NCBI GenBank assembly: GCA_010909165.1
Contig: MU008154.1
Coordinates: 719,682 to 783,681 of the forward strand
DNA from: Anthoceros angustus
Lineage: Eukaryota; Plantae; Anthocerotophyta
Direction of reading: 5' to 3'
Length of the DNA: 64,000 bases
The position numbers and the translations under genes are program-made. Position 1 is the first letter of the stretch. The number at the start of each line of letters is the position of its first letter. This document shows, piece by piece, positions 49,678 through 61,434 of the stretch. A model generated the notes under the pieces. The model was not told where the DNA came from. It searched no databases and saw only the letters and a program-made list of their open reading frames with translations.

Positions 49678-52600
49678 TTATTTGAGGGCAGCCACATCAA
49701 ACGCCAACAATTGTTTAAGTGCCATGTTCACTCGATCCTGAATGCCATGCCGTCATACAATCAGATTAGGGGGACAAGTATCAAAAGATTCTAGACCGTG
49801 TGCCCAGTCCACACTAAATCAAGGAAGACAGTTCTGCAGTCCTTTGCAAGAAGGACAAGTACCAACCTGCACATCAAAGCATGGGTCATGCATCATCACT
49901 CGCAACTGCAGGTCTATGCCACCATCTTGAAGCCTCATCACATAGTTCTCAATATCTGAGGTACCTGGATATGTAAGATTAATGACGCACCAAAGTGCAA
50001 CGATCCTCAAGTCTGGGTTGCTTGTATCTTGCAGATAATTCATGAGAATTGATGAGTCACTGCTATAACTGCTGGTCAATATGTTGAGAACTGCCTCCTT
50101 TTGGTACGCATTGCCTGAAGCCAAGTTGCTTAGCACATACAGTGCCTGCAGAAACGAGCCAAGGTTTGTCAGGAGAATGAGCACCTTCTCCTGTAAGGGT
50201 TGGTCACCCTTAAATGAACCACTTGCTGCAACACTGCCATGACGCACCTTTGCACCAGCTTCAGAACCCTATCGTGTCATACAAAGGCATATAACATGAC
50301 CTAGGAGGCTTTTAAAAATGATGCAGAGCTTCAGCATGACAGAACCCAAGACAAGGCAACAAGACATGACAACAGTTTGAAGGCAAGAGGCACAACATGA
50401 CCCACTATTAACCTGCAAACAGATCTCAGGTCGTCCAGCAGGACAAAGGTGCCTTTTCACTGCTGATAGGAGCGGGCCATCACGAACAAAAATCTGCTGC
50501 CAAGAATCTGTGATATCACAAGCTAGATTGCGAAAAAGAGCCATTGCCTGTTCCTGCACTGCCTCACAGGAATCTGCAGAGAAGATGAGATGAGCAGCTT
50601 GAGAAAAATACAGACTTATTGACCTCAGCAGACCTCTATCAAGTCAGATCCAGAGAACACAGGAAGTCACAGTACCACAGAGTAGACTGCTCAATGTGTG
50701 AACAGAGAGCTCCACCAGGATGGTATCTTTCACTTCCCGTTGAGCCAAGTAAGACACATTTTTGAGAGCCCACACAGCATCGCATCTGGTGGCTGAGTCA
50801 TTCGATTGAGCCAACTGAGCAAGTTGACTGATTCCCCTGCTGTAAACAAGTGCAGCTTTTTTTGGTGTGACATCAAGGACCATGTTGCCTAAAGCTTTTA
50901 GCGCCGAGGCCTGCAAACCAGTCACCCTCCCTCAGCACAGCATGATCTTAGTAGTTCGCTTATACTCATGCTTCTGTTACAAAGTATCGTGGAACGTTGT
51001 GCACCTGGACTGTTGGAGAGGGATCACTCAGCAGACCCAAAAGAGTAACCACCAGACTCTCTTCTGCAAGGCCACTATGAAGGTTCTGCAGTTGGCAAAG
51101 AATCCAGTAACCACACATTTCCTCAACCAGGTTGAACAAAATCAATCATCTAGGCTCATGTTGGAGATTACCTGCACAGATCGTGTGAGGCTTCTCAGAC
51201 ACCCACAGGCTGCAGCTCGGACTTTTGCACAGGAATGTGCTAGTGCAGCGATCACGGTGGTTGTAGCCTGAATTGACGGAGTCCAATCACTACAAACTTC
51301 AGTTTTGTTGATCACTGTGAGCATGTATCTCATAATTGTGTACATGCTGACAAGGCTTGAGATGTTACATGTACATTTGTCATATGGACCACTGTGCTAC
51401 CATTGCAGATCTCTGCCCTAACTAGAAGAGTGCGCGTGCACGTTTCTTTTTTTAACGAATGTGCTATGGAAGCAAGACCAGGCCTTTCTCATTACCCCGC
51501 ATGGATTTGGATACATGCTGATGAGAGTAGCTAATGATTTTAAGGAACACAAATGTTATTGACAAGAGAATAGGTTTGATACAGGATGAGAAGGACATGG
51601 ACATTTTACCTGTATCTCCATCAATTGCCTTCTGCAATCCTCTCTGCCTGAGCATAATTCTGCTGAGGCCCGCAGAAGACCTTCCAGGTGGTTAGCAGAC
51701 ATAGTTCCACTGATAATAGCTAGAGCAAGTTTCTCAATAGCATTCATACTAAATGCAGCATTCTGAAGTTCCTGGCAATCCTGGATCAAGTCTGCAAGTA
51801 TACTGGGGGCCTCCTCTCGAATCGAACTGGGTTCGTCTAACAACTTTACAAGAGTTGCAACCATGCTGATCCTCAGTTCCCAGTCCACATCATTTGGGTA
51901 TGATGACTTTCTGGTATTTGCCAGGCACTTGCATGATAACAACCTTGTCCTAGAAGACTTGTCTTTGACAAGTCTCCTCAAAGCCGCATAAGCTCTGCCA
52001 TTGTCCATAGAGACCAGCGTTTGTGATACCTGTTTGTTATCCCGTGTAAGAGCAGCTAAAGCATCCAGACCTGCCTCTCGTTTCTGAACAGACCCATCAA
52101 GCAGATTGACCAGTCTTTCCAACCCGCCCGCATTTGCGAGAACTCTTTGATGCTCAGGAGTTTCACAGCATCTGGCTAGAACACACGCTGCAACTTCTGA
52201 GACACAGTCGTTTCTTTTATCTAGAAGCTGGAGAAGAAATTCCACTCGGCTCCCACGAATTATGTCACTTCTGGGGGCATGTGCAGATCGAAAAATCATC
52301 TTCAACGTGCGAGCCCCAGCCTCGACAACCTACCAAACATTCCGCGGAAGGTCGATGTTAACAAGAAAAGCCATGAAATGGGGCAGAGGTAAACCTAGAT
52401 CGAACCGCTCTGTCATCCATCGCAAACTCATGTGCGATAGAAATGGTCAGGTCTGGCAAAGTCTTCACCTTAACATCTTCATTGGAGAGCATTCTCAAGA
52501 GATGCGGAAGAACGCCACATTCAACGACCGCATTCACGCCAGCATCAATTCCACAAGCAAAACTGCCAACAGCTGCCGCTGACTGGACCAGCAACGGGAT

Positions 52601-52792
52601 CTCCGATACGGTGGCCAAGATTTCGACAATCCTAGGCACAGCGCCAAGTTTGATATACGACAACTTTTTCGATCTGTTTCCAATAATCTGATTCTTCACC
52701 TCGCGCAATGCTTTCAGTCTAGCAGCCGTGTCTGGCGAGCCTAGACTCTCCACCAGGTCTTCCGGTTGAGAACATGCCGCCGACGAGGGCAT
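49678..52792 (-). CDS. ARMC8: Armadillo repeat-containing protein 8 (CTLH/GID E3 ligase subunit GID5), 651 aa. Exons 52792-52469, 52329-51610, 51267-51172, 51085-51005, 50910-50676, 50573-50413, 50145-49867, 49737-49678
   Basis: LKALREVKNQIIGNRSKKLSYIKLGAVP is characteristic of plant ARMC8. All 7 introns are GT-AG and splice in frame (1956 bp). An upstream in-frame ATG lies at 52810. Confidence 0.95.
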
Positions 52793-54864
52793 TTCAACGG
52801 CTGATTTCATACGGCTGGAAGAACAAGCTTACATGCTCGATCGCTGGTAGACAAGCACGTTTCTACTGACCAATATTGTTCGCGAAGCTCGGACCTAGCT
52901 GCAACGCTTACAGTCAGTCATGCCTAATTGTAAATTCTCCAAATGGATGCCCCCCTTATTCGGACCTCGGATCCCACACCCTTCAATGTAATGTATAGTT
53001 TAAAGAATGGGACTTCTCTCTAAATGGATTAATAGGATGAATTGAAAGATAAAGATTAAAATATTCAACACAGTTGTACCTCCTTAAATAAGATTATCAA
53101 TTTTTTTCTTGTAAGAAATTAATAAAAAATAGAGAATAGAAATCGAATAGATATCATATAGGTATGGAATAGGCTTCCTACCTTGACTCACTGAGGAGGA
53201 TGCCATCAAAGGTGTGGAGACAACAATGAGTAAGGACTTACTTGATATACATGCTGCACAACTTTGAAGTTGCTTAATGTCTTTGAGAAGCACCTGATTA
53301 GTCATCATCTCAAAGCATCGCGGGTGCAAAGGCATCTTGTTGATCATCTTACAGCACAATAGACTCTTAAGTGTGATTTGAAGACTCCTACGCTTAGCTT
53401 TTTCCTTCATGATAGGTAGAGGTTTTTTAATACCGCTTAGAGAGAGTGCTAGCTCTAAATCAGCTAGGTAGAGAATTAGTAAAAATTATTTTTACTACTT
53501 CCTATTAATTAAGCTTTGATTTTTTTTCTTATTTCTTGGGATTTTTTAATTTATAAATTGGATTCTATTTTTTTAATTGGAAAAAAATCTAATTGGGACA
53601 CCTCTCTGAATGGGACCTCGAAAGCCACACCCACATAGTCCCAATTAGAGAGGGCCAGCTGTACTCTACACGCGAGACTTGATGGCAGCACTAGTAAATA
53701 GTCGTGGAACCTGGTATTAAGCTATTAACCTTCATCCGTTGAACCCCAGAATGCTTGGCCCTATTTTTGGGTCTGCCCGCGTCAGAAAAACATGGCCATC
53801 GCCCGTACCTACATCCAAACCCACTAGCGGCATCCCATCCACACTCCATGGCAACACGCTTGGCTCAATAGTCCGGAGAGCTTGTCTGCCTTGCAAGCTC
53901 CATAAAACATGAAACTCCCTACCTGACATCCACTGTCAACGGATGCATCAGGCTCTACAGCGGAAACAGAAACACATGCAAACTTTCGGCCACCAGGCCA
54001 TAAACCTTGCGCCCGCCCATAGTGTGACAAGCCCTCACAATTACATCACAAGCTTCCAAGACTTGAAAAATTGAGGTGGCACCTAAAGTGCTCCACTCAA
54101 TTGTACATAATTAGCAACCTCCGGTGGCAGCCAAAAAAAATTGCATTCTCCATATCTAGCTGGACAATGCACATGTTCACAATAGGCAGAAGAGGTCGAC
54201 ACAAATATGATGAAGGGCCTTACCGGCCACCATCACATACACAAATGTTGCCTCTCCCACTAAGGCCCAATGCTTCAAATTGACAATTTCGTCCCCCATG
54301 GACCCCCATCACGCTACTCCATCTCCTCGATGTTGCTTTCCATAAGTTTCCAAATTCACCACGCTGCTCCTCAACTGCAGGCATATGGAAACTCATTGCA
54401 TCCCATTGCCCCTTTTGGTAGACCAATGTTCAAAAGATGAGCCTAAACAAGGATGGCGCAAACTGCATGGTTAGCTTGCGAGTCCTTGGACTCCTTCGCA
54501 ATCGCAAGTGGAAGCCGGGCCGAAAATTGACCAAAATTCGATCACAACAGCGTGCGCATCGATAAAGTGAATTTGATTTGTCATTGTCCCTCCCCGTTTG
54601 CAGCCCCAATTCTGGTCAATCTCAACCTTATTATTAAAGTCTCCACACCACTAACCCCTCCAGTTGGCTAGGGGTTTAGTAAACGGAGTTCACGACCTCG
54701 GCTCATTGCAGGAGACCCCTTAGCCTGTTGATGGGCTTTAAAGCTCATTCTCCGGCATCACCACCACCTCTTGGTGATGTCGAGGAGGCATGTCCATCAT
54801 CCTCCCATGCAAATACAAGTGGGTCGACCTCCACGTGCTCTACTCCTGGGTACAACGATGCAGA

Positions 54865-55023
54865 TGTGAAAGTCTGACTAGTTAGGGTTATTTAGTCAAA
54901 CGTTATTAGGGTTACATATAAAAACGACAGCATGAGCAGTTTTGATTAGTTTTTCAATTAATTGTTTTTTGCATTTTTGCTGCTTCCCTCCTCGCTCCTC
55001 GCAAATCAACATGGTATCAAAGC
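54865..55023 (+). mobile_element. Orphan LTR (~54865-55011, ending TCAACA) followed by a tRNA-iMet PBS TGGTATCAAAGC
   Basis: CA|TGGTATCAAAGC at 55010-55023; AT-rich TG-starting block upstream; LTR start uncertain. Confidence 0.6.
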
Positions 55024-57426
55024 TCTGCTCTGGCTCCCATCTCTCTTGAATGATGCCGAGTTGTCGCAGCCCCCGTAGGTGGTATGGTTGAGGGGGTCAT
55101 GGTCATCGGGGAGGAATTCCTCCACCCCAACTACAAGGCCCCTCTCCAGAGACTATTCTGGACTTATATGAAGAAGACTACCCCTACATTTGGCTTAAGG
55201 ATTTTGAGACGGGCACTTTCGGGACCGGGCGAGATCACACCCGCTGCGACTGGCCCAGAATCGCCTGATTGATCGTCATGTCAGGAAAGACTTGCAGAAG
55301 CAGAACCAAAATTTGTCCTACAAACAGTTAGAAGTTGTTCCACGCACATCTCTTTCCTCAGGACAACCAAGCGACATATGTGTAGCTATAGGCAGTGATC
55401 GATTTCTCAGGATCCGACCGTTCCACAAGTCTCATAGGACGAAATCCAACGTACGAAACGATAGTGGGATAAGTGTGGCCGCTAGAGGGTGCATCTCAGA
55501 AGCCCCGGGATCTGCCTCCCATAGCGGTATAGTCACACGTATGGGGCTGCACCACCGCTGCATTGGCATCATATGGGAACTGTAGTTTTGAAACGATTCT
55601 GTGGCCAGAGCTATGGCCGGTTGAGGACTCTGCGAAGGAAGAGGAGGGAGTCTTTATATGATTAAGTAGAGGGGATTTATGGTTACTTGGAGAGAGTACC
55701 ACCACGGCCGCCTGAAGGATGTAGCCTTCTACAAAAGCAAGGCCTGTGATATGAACTTTCTTGATAAATGTTCGGGAAACAGTGTAAGAAGGAGCTCAAG
55801 GGAAGGCATGTAGATCCATGTGCCATAGAAAACTTAGAGCTAGAATATGGTAAGGTAGCGAAGATTTTTAAGTGTAGAGGAGATGGTAGAGTTTAAGAAG
55901 TTAAGGAGCATGTGAATGTGGGTTTTATTTTTGTTGGCGGGTGAGCGGTTGTGGGCTGGCACATGACGATTTCTGACGAGGAGTTGGTAGCAGTAGCACG
56001 GTTGGAAGGAGAGGAACGTGGGCAGAGTACAGGTGTGATTAAGGCTATGCAGCAAGAGGTGTTGCAAGCAGAAGGGCCAAGTGTCCATGGAAGGGGGGTT
56101 TTACGTGCGAGGTTTCATGGAGGTCAATCTAAGAGTTGAGATGAAGAAAGAAGTGACAGCATGTGTACAAGGAGAACGAGTGCTCTAAGGGTGAGCAGTC
56201 AAGAGAGGCTGCAAGTGGAGGCCACGGTGGTGGCAGAAGCGTGAAGAGATTGCGCGAAATGTAATTTGGAGGAAGGAGGCGGCACACAAAATGGTGTCTT
56301 TGAGAAGGTGTGTGGCTAGAGCCTAGAGGTGAGGATGGCTCTATGCTGACGTGTATGAAGGAGGATTGTGGAGAATTACACCTCAAAATTGTGCTTGCGG
56401 TGGAATTGCAAGAGGGTTTCGTGGATTCTTGGTCGTGCGGAAATTGCTGCCGAGAAGCGCAGCAAGGTGAGGGAAGATCAACTGCTAGGCCGATCTGGGG
56501 CTGAAATCATGAGACTAGGGAGCATGGAGATGAAGGGGGTGCGATGATGCCAATAGATGCCCAGTCGGCAGTGCACGCGAGCATGCCGGATACTGTGACA
56601 TCGCTTGAGGAAGCTGATTTTATGAGCCGAGTTGGAGGCGGGGCTGTGGCCACAACCGCATTCAACCCCGATAAACAAGCTAGAAAGCGGTGGGGTGTAC
56701 ATGGGAAGGAGGTTAGAACAGGACTCCCATGTCCACGTTTTTGTTGAACTTGTCTTGCATAGCAGTTAGCTTCATCCACTTAGGCATTTTCATGAGTGCT
56801 CCAGCCACCATCGCATCAGCATGGCCATGGGAGGGCATATGTTCTTTGGTAGCTTGTTGCGTGTGTGCTTGCTTGCAAGCATGGGCGTGTGGAGGTTGAC
56901 GGGTGGACTTGGGAGATCTCACCTCGGCTCCTTGGGAAGCGAAGGTCATTGTGGAAGGTCTTGAAGCAATGAAGGTGCGAAGTAGCAAATTTTCAAGACT
57001 CGTCAAGACACCTGATCACGATCATCCACGCCCGGTCATGTTGGCGGTCTGCGAAGGTCAAGAAGGGGTTGTAGCAGCTGGAAGTGTGAGCAAGCGCTAT
57101 GTCATCAGGGGCATGTCACTCAATGTGGGCGTTAGGAGTTCCGATGGAGACAGTGTTGTGTTCCATATACGCTCTAGCAGACTCCTCAAAAAATGTTCGG
57201 TCAAGAAAGATCTTGTCTGCGTACTTGGTGCATGCTTTCACGGTGAAAGCAGGTATCCACTCTGGATATGTTCTTACTCAACCACATCTTGGCGAATGCC
57301 CATACACTTCTCGCATGCAGAAGTTACAAGAAGCGATGGATGTGTTCATCGTCGCCTTCATGTGGTCTTCCATAATCTCTGCACATAGTAGACACGAGCA
57401 AGACAAGCAGGCCATATAACTATATC

Positions 57427-57516
57427 ATTAGTTGCGCAGGTCTAGTGCCAATCCAGATGGCCATGTATTGGATTAGTTGCGCAGGTCTAGTGCCAATCCA
57501 GATGGCCATGTATTGG
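57427..57516. repeat. Perfect 45-bp tandem duplication
   Basis: ATTAGTTGCGCAGGTCTAGTGCCAATCCAGATGGCCATGTATTGG x2. Confidence 0.97.
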
Positions 57517-59760
57517 TGGCAGCACTTCAAGCTTGTGCAAAGGGAGGAGACTTACAAAGCGGATGATTTGCATCTTGATGTGTTGGCTAGTGGCGTTGAG
57601 CCTGGCTACTTTTTGTCTCTAGTTCCTTGGGGACATGTATGCAAGTGTGGCGGACGTTAGTGAGCCTTTCGGCGTGTTGAGGGACTTGGCCAAAAATGGT
57701 GACATGGAATGCCATTATTGCTTTGAGTATTGCAGCGTGAGGGCATGGGCCAAAGCCCTTTGTCTTTATAGCTCTATGCAAGGCAGCCTTCGTGCATTTG
57801 CTCCCAATTCCTTGACTTTTGTGTGCCTCCTGCAGGCATGTGGAAGTTTGGGCTCTTTAGCACTGGAGAAGGGGGCATAAGTTCATGCACAAATTACAAA
57901 CCGAGGATATGCGACTGATGTATTTGTAGGCAAAAACTTGGTTACTATGTATGCAAAGGGTGGCAGCTTGGAAACCGCTCCCAGAGTGTCTGACAAACTT
58001 GGTAGGAAGGATGTGGTGGCATCAAGAGAGCACCAGTTTGGGGATCTCTTTCAAGCGGAAGATTACACTCGAGAAAAGAACACCTTGATTTGTTACCTTT
58101 CGGAAGCAAACATGAAGTCCACACATGACTTGCATGTGTGGGAAGTCTTACTTTCAATTTGTGCTCAACTACAATGCCTTCCGCGTGTTGCGGGGAGTGA
58201 GCAGTAGCATGTGTTGCATTAGACAGACAGGTTATTTTACATCAATATTAGACTAGATGTCTTTGATGCTCGTTGTGGCAAAGCAACAAGTGATTCAAAA
58301 TATGTGGGCGGATTAGGGCTTGTTCCATTGCGACAACAGCAGACGATGAGAATTACTGCAACCGCTTCTTGCACGATTCCGGGGATTAGGAAAGATCAAT
58401 GAAAGTCGCGATGCCAAGCAAGCAAGGTGAGGAGAGGTGCCACAATGAGCCTCCCGATTGAAACTGTGCCGCAATGTGCCTGGAAATTACTGGCATCTCC
58501 CAAAAGCGAGACAAGGATGCGTGGAAAATAACGAGGCCAAAGGTGAGACAAGGTCGTGCGTAGTCACATGGCTCCCTCGGCCATGGGCTCATCGCCAATC
58601 TTTGCTGGGTAAGCACCATGAGCACAATGACAAAGAGTGGCAGCCAAGGCTGGCTCACGGGGCCCGCTTAACGTCCGCCATGAAGTAGCCTTGCTCTTTG
58701 AGAGGGAGTCCCATCACTCTACCCCCACCTGTCACGCTTTTGCTTCCTTCTACCAAAGCTCATCATCGGGCTGCAAAAGTGAAGAGAACCTGCATCATTT
58801 TCTTTTGCGTAACTCGTATTTGGTTTATCAACGAATTTCATCCATTGGGCAATGGCTCACAAAGTCACGGTGAGAGCAGCTGACTGAGGAAAAGTTTTTG
58901 GGAGCTCTTGCTCTCATGGGTGCAAGTTGCAGCCGGTGGTGGAGCTATGGTTTGCTTGGCCAGCCACTTGATGTTGCGATTGGATTTGGGACATATGTAT
59001 GTGCCGAGGCAATAGCAGGGCTTTTTAGAACTTTATCGCTCAGGCGTGTGAAACACGGACAATTTGCATGATAGCGGTATTCTCGACGCCTCATCCGAGC
59101 TCTCCGTCTTCTCGATTACGATGCACAAGGGCGTGGCAGCAAGGTGGCACGTGATCTTTGTGACATTTGTGTACCTCCTGGGGCAAAGTGCTGTGAGATG
59201 TGGCGGCTTTGCATCACTGGGAAGGCAGCGGCTACATGCATGACAGTTCAAGGACAACGGCTTCAAGCCGATGTACTTGGTAATGTGATATTGATAAAGC
59301 ATGTATGCGGAGAGTCCGGGAGCATGGGATTGATGCCTGGCCAGTGATGTCGAGGTATTGAAGAAAGAGAAAGGCCCGTGTCACTTGGAGATGCACCTTG
59401 AATTGCGAGGATACACGCAGACAAGGAGACAGTGACGGAGGCCATGAGCAACCACTATTGTAAGTAGCACTACACACATGGACTGTGGATCTCTGAGTGT
59501 CGCCAGACCCATTAGTGAGACGAGTCACCGACTCACAGTAGGTACATACCATAGCACACCTGCCTGTGATTTGGCACACTTTATTGGGCGCTTGTCGAGA
59601 AAGTGGAACAACGTGGAGGTGGCACACCATGCCTTCCATGAGCGGTGAAATAGTTGGACAAGCGGGATGCGGCCGCAGTTTATTATGTGTTGATGTCGAA
59701 CCTATACACCGAAGCACACATGGAAGCGGAGCACGAGGAGATGCAAAGTAGGCGAGGTGA
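57440..59760 (+). pseudogene. Degenerate PLS-class pentatricopeptide repeat gene with E domain
   Basis: PDGHVLVAALQACAKGGDL; PNSLTFVCLLQACGSLG..VHAQITNRGYATDVFVGKNLVTMYAKGGSLETAPRV; WHTLLGACR...AAVYYVLMSNLY. Many stops and frameshifts. Confidence 0.8.
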
Positions 59761-59824
59761 ATAGGAATCAAAGCATGGAAGCGGCCCGGAGCTGCCGGAA
59801 GAGCAAGCTAAGATGGCTACCGTA

Positions 59825-61434
59825 CACCTTATCGACATGCATGCCGTTGGTAGTCTTGTTTGTAGGCAAATTGGACTCGACTGGATGTTGATTCTCCGTC
59901 AATTACTGCTTATGTCACAATTTCTCAAGAAACCAGGCAGAGCACATTGGGTTGCAACAACTGCGATAAGCAAGGTTTCGAGATATCTAAAGGAGCTCAC
60001 GCATCATGGGCTTTTCTATAGATGCACAGGACAAGCCAAGCTCATGCTAAGTGGGTTTCTGAATCTTTGATTGGGCATCGACAATGATCTACAAGGAGCT
60101 TGTCGACCTCATTTTCTACTTTCGGTACACCGTAAAATTTGTTAGCAGACATCTGTGAGCCACCATCTTACGTAAGTGACTGACAAAACAGAGCCCACTT
60201 CTCTTTTCTGCGACAATATGTCAGCGTTAGCATTAGTGGCCAATCCCCGTTTTCATGCAAGGACAAAACACATCGAGATACAGCATCACTATATTCGAGA
60301 TGTAGTTGAACGAGGAGTAGTCAAGGTTGGTTATGTGCCGACAGATGAAAACACGGCAGATATCTTGACAAAGGCACTTCTCAAGCACAAGCACTATGGT
60401 CACATGGCAAGGCTTGGACTGGCAGACTTCTCATCTTATTTTGACAGTGCAACGTGAGACTTATTTGATGGGGGGGGAGGGGGTTGAAAGCCTGAGCTTT
60501 CAAGTTTTTTGATGAAGCGAGATGACTGAGGATCCTTCCCGAGAAAGGCCTAAACCTACAGTCTCGCAGTTTTTTTGTCTGCACATGTTACACAGTCTGC
60601 CGTAAGTGGGACAGTAAAAGAAGAAACAAGAAGGCAACAGGTGGATGAAGCATAAAGATAACCTAATCACCTGATGTTTCTCTAGTTGTCTCCTCTCACC
60701 CTTTTCAACTTCTCAAGCAACTGGATTGTTTTGACTAAGCGGCTTGAGGAGGTTGTTTGAACCCAATGGTTTTCCTCCACGGTTTCTCTGTCGCCGCTAC
60801 TGCAACACAAATTTATGTTTAGACCAATACTGTAGCCTCCCAAACAAACGTATGCTCCCATGCAGTGTTTTTCCTCCAGTCCTCGAGGTATCGTGCTCTC
60901 CTTGGCACAAGTTACATTTCCTCCTCTTGACCGGGTTTCTACTCGCCAAGTCTCCTTTGCCGTCGGATTCGAGCTCTCACATATTGAGGCCATACGGGTC
61001 TTCATGTGAGATATCTGAGGAAGAATAAGAGTGTAAAGGCGTCACCGTTTACCTCTGAGAGGTAAGAAGAAGGCGGCCATGATGATGTGAAGGACGAAGG
61101 CAGTTGGGCGTAATTGAGAGAGGGTGGGCGTACGCCTCACAGCACTTTTTCGATCACGCGATTCACGAAGGCGAAATCTTGGAGTTCACGCTTGAAAGGG
61201 GAACACGTCAACGATTTGACGTAGGGTTTAGATTAAGAGGGAGTGTTAGAATGATGAGGGTTAGTGAATCCTTATCCGTATATATATAATCTACCCCTAC
61301 GTAAGTTGTGATATCTTAAGGGTAAATATGAACCGTCACTATACATTGTATTTAAACAGTTTTGATCTTTTATCTAAATCAGTTCGTACTAGCACGTTTA
61401 ATGAGCCTCAATGTGCTTTTAGGCTCTCTCAACA
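59825..61434 (+). mobile_element. 3' half of Ty1/copia element 3 (RT C-terminus, RNase H to 60457, ~0.8-kb 3' region, PPT, 191-bp LTR 61244-61434)
   Basis: HAVGSL, HWVA..RYLK; CDNMSALALVANPRFHARTKHIEIQHHYIRD...TADILTKAL; AAGAGGGAG|TGTTAG...CTCAACA. Confidence 0.85.

Noticed and set aside
53084-54426. Short ORFs upstream of ARMC8
   Set aside because: No recognisable motifs or splice-consistent chain.
54525-54625. Imperfect inverted repeat AAATTGACCAAAATT / AATTCTGGTCAATCT as a MITE
   Set aside because: Short, mismatched, no TSD.
60469-60500. G-run plus TGAAAGCCTGA as PPT and 3' LTR pairing with 54867
   Set aside because: Similarity is limited to ~10 nt. The region matches the post-RNase H sequence of copia-1, and a better PPT/LTR lies at 61233-61434.
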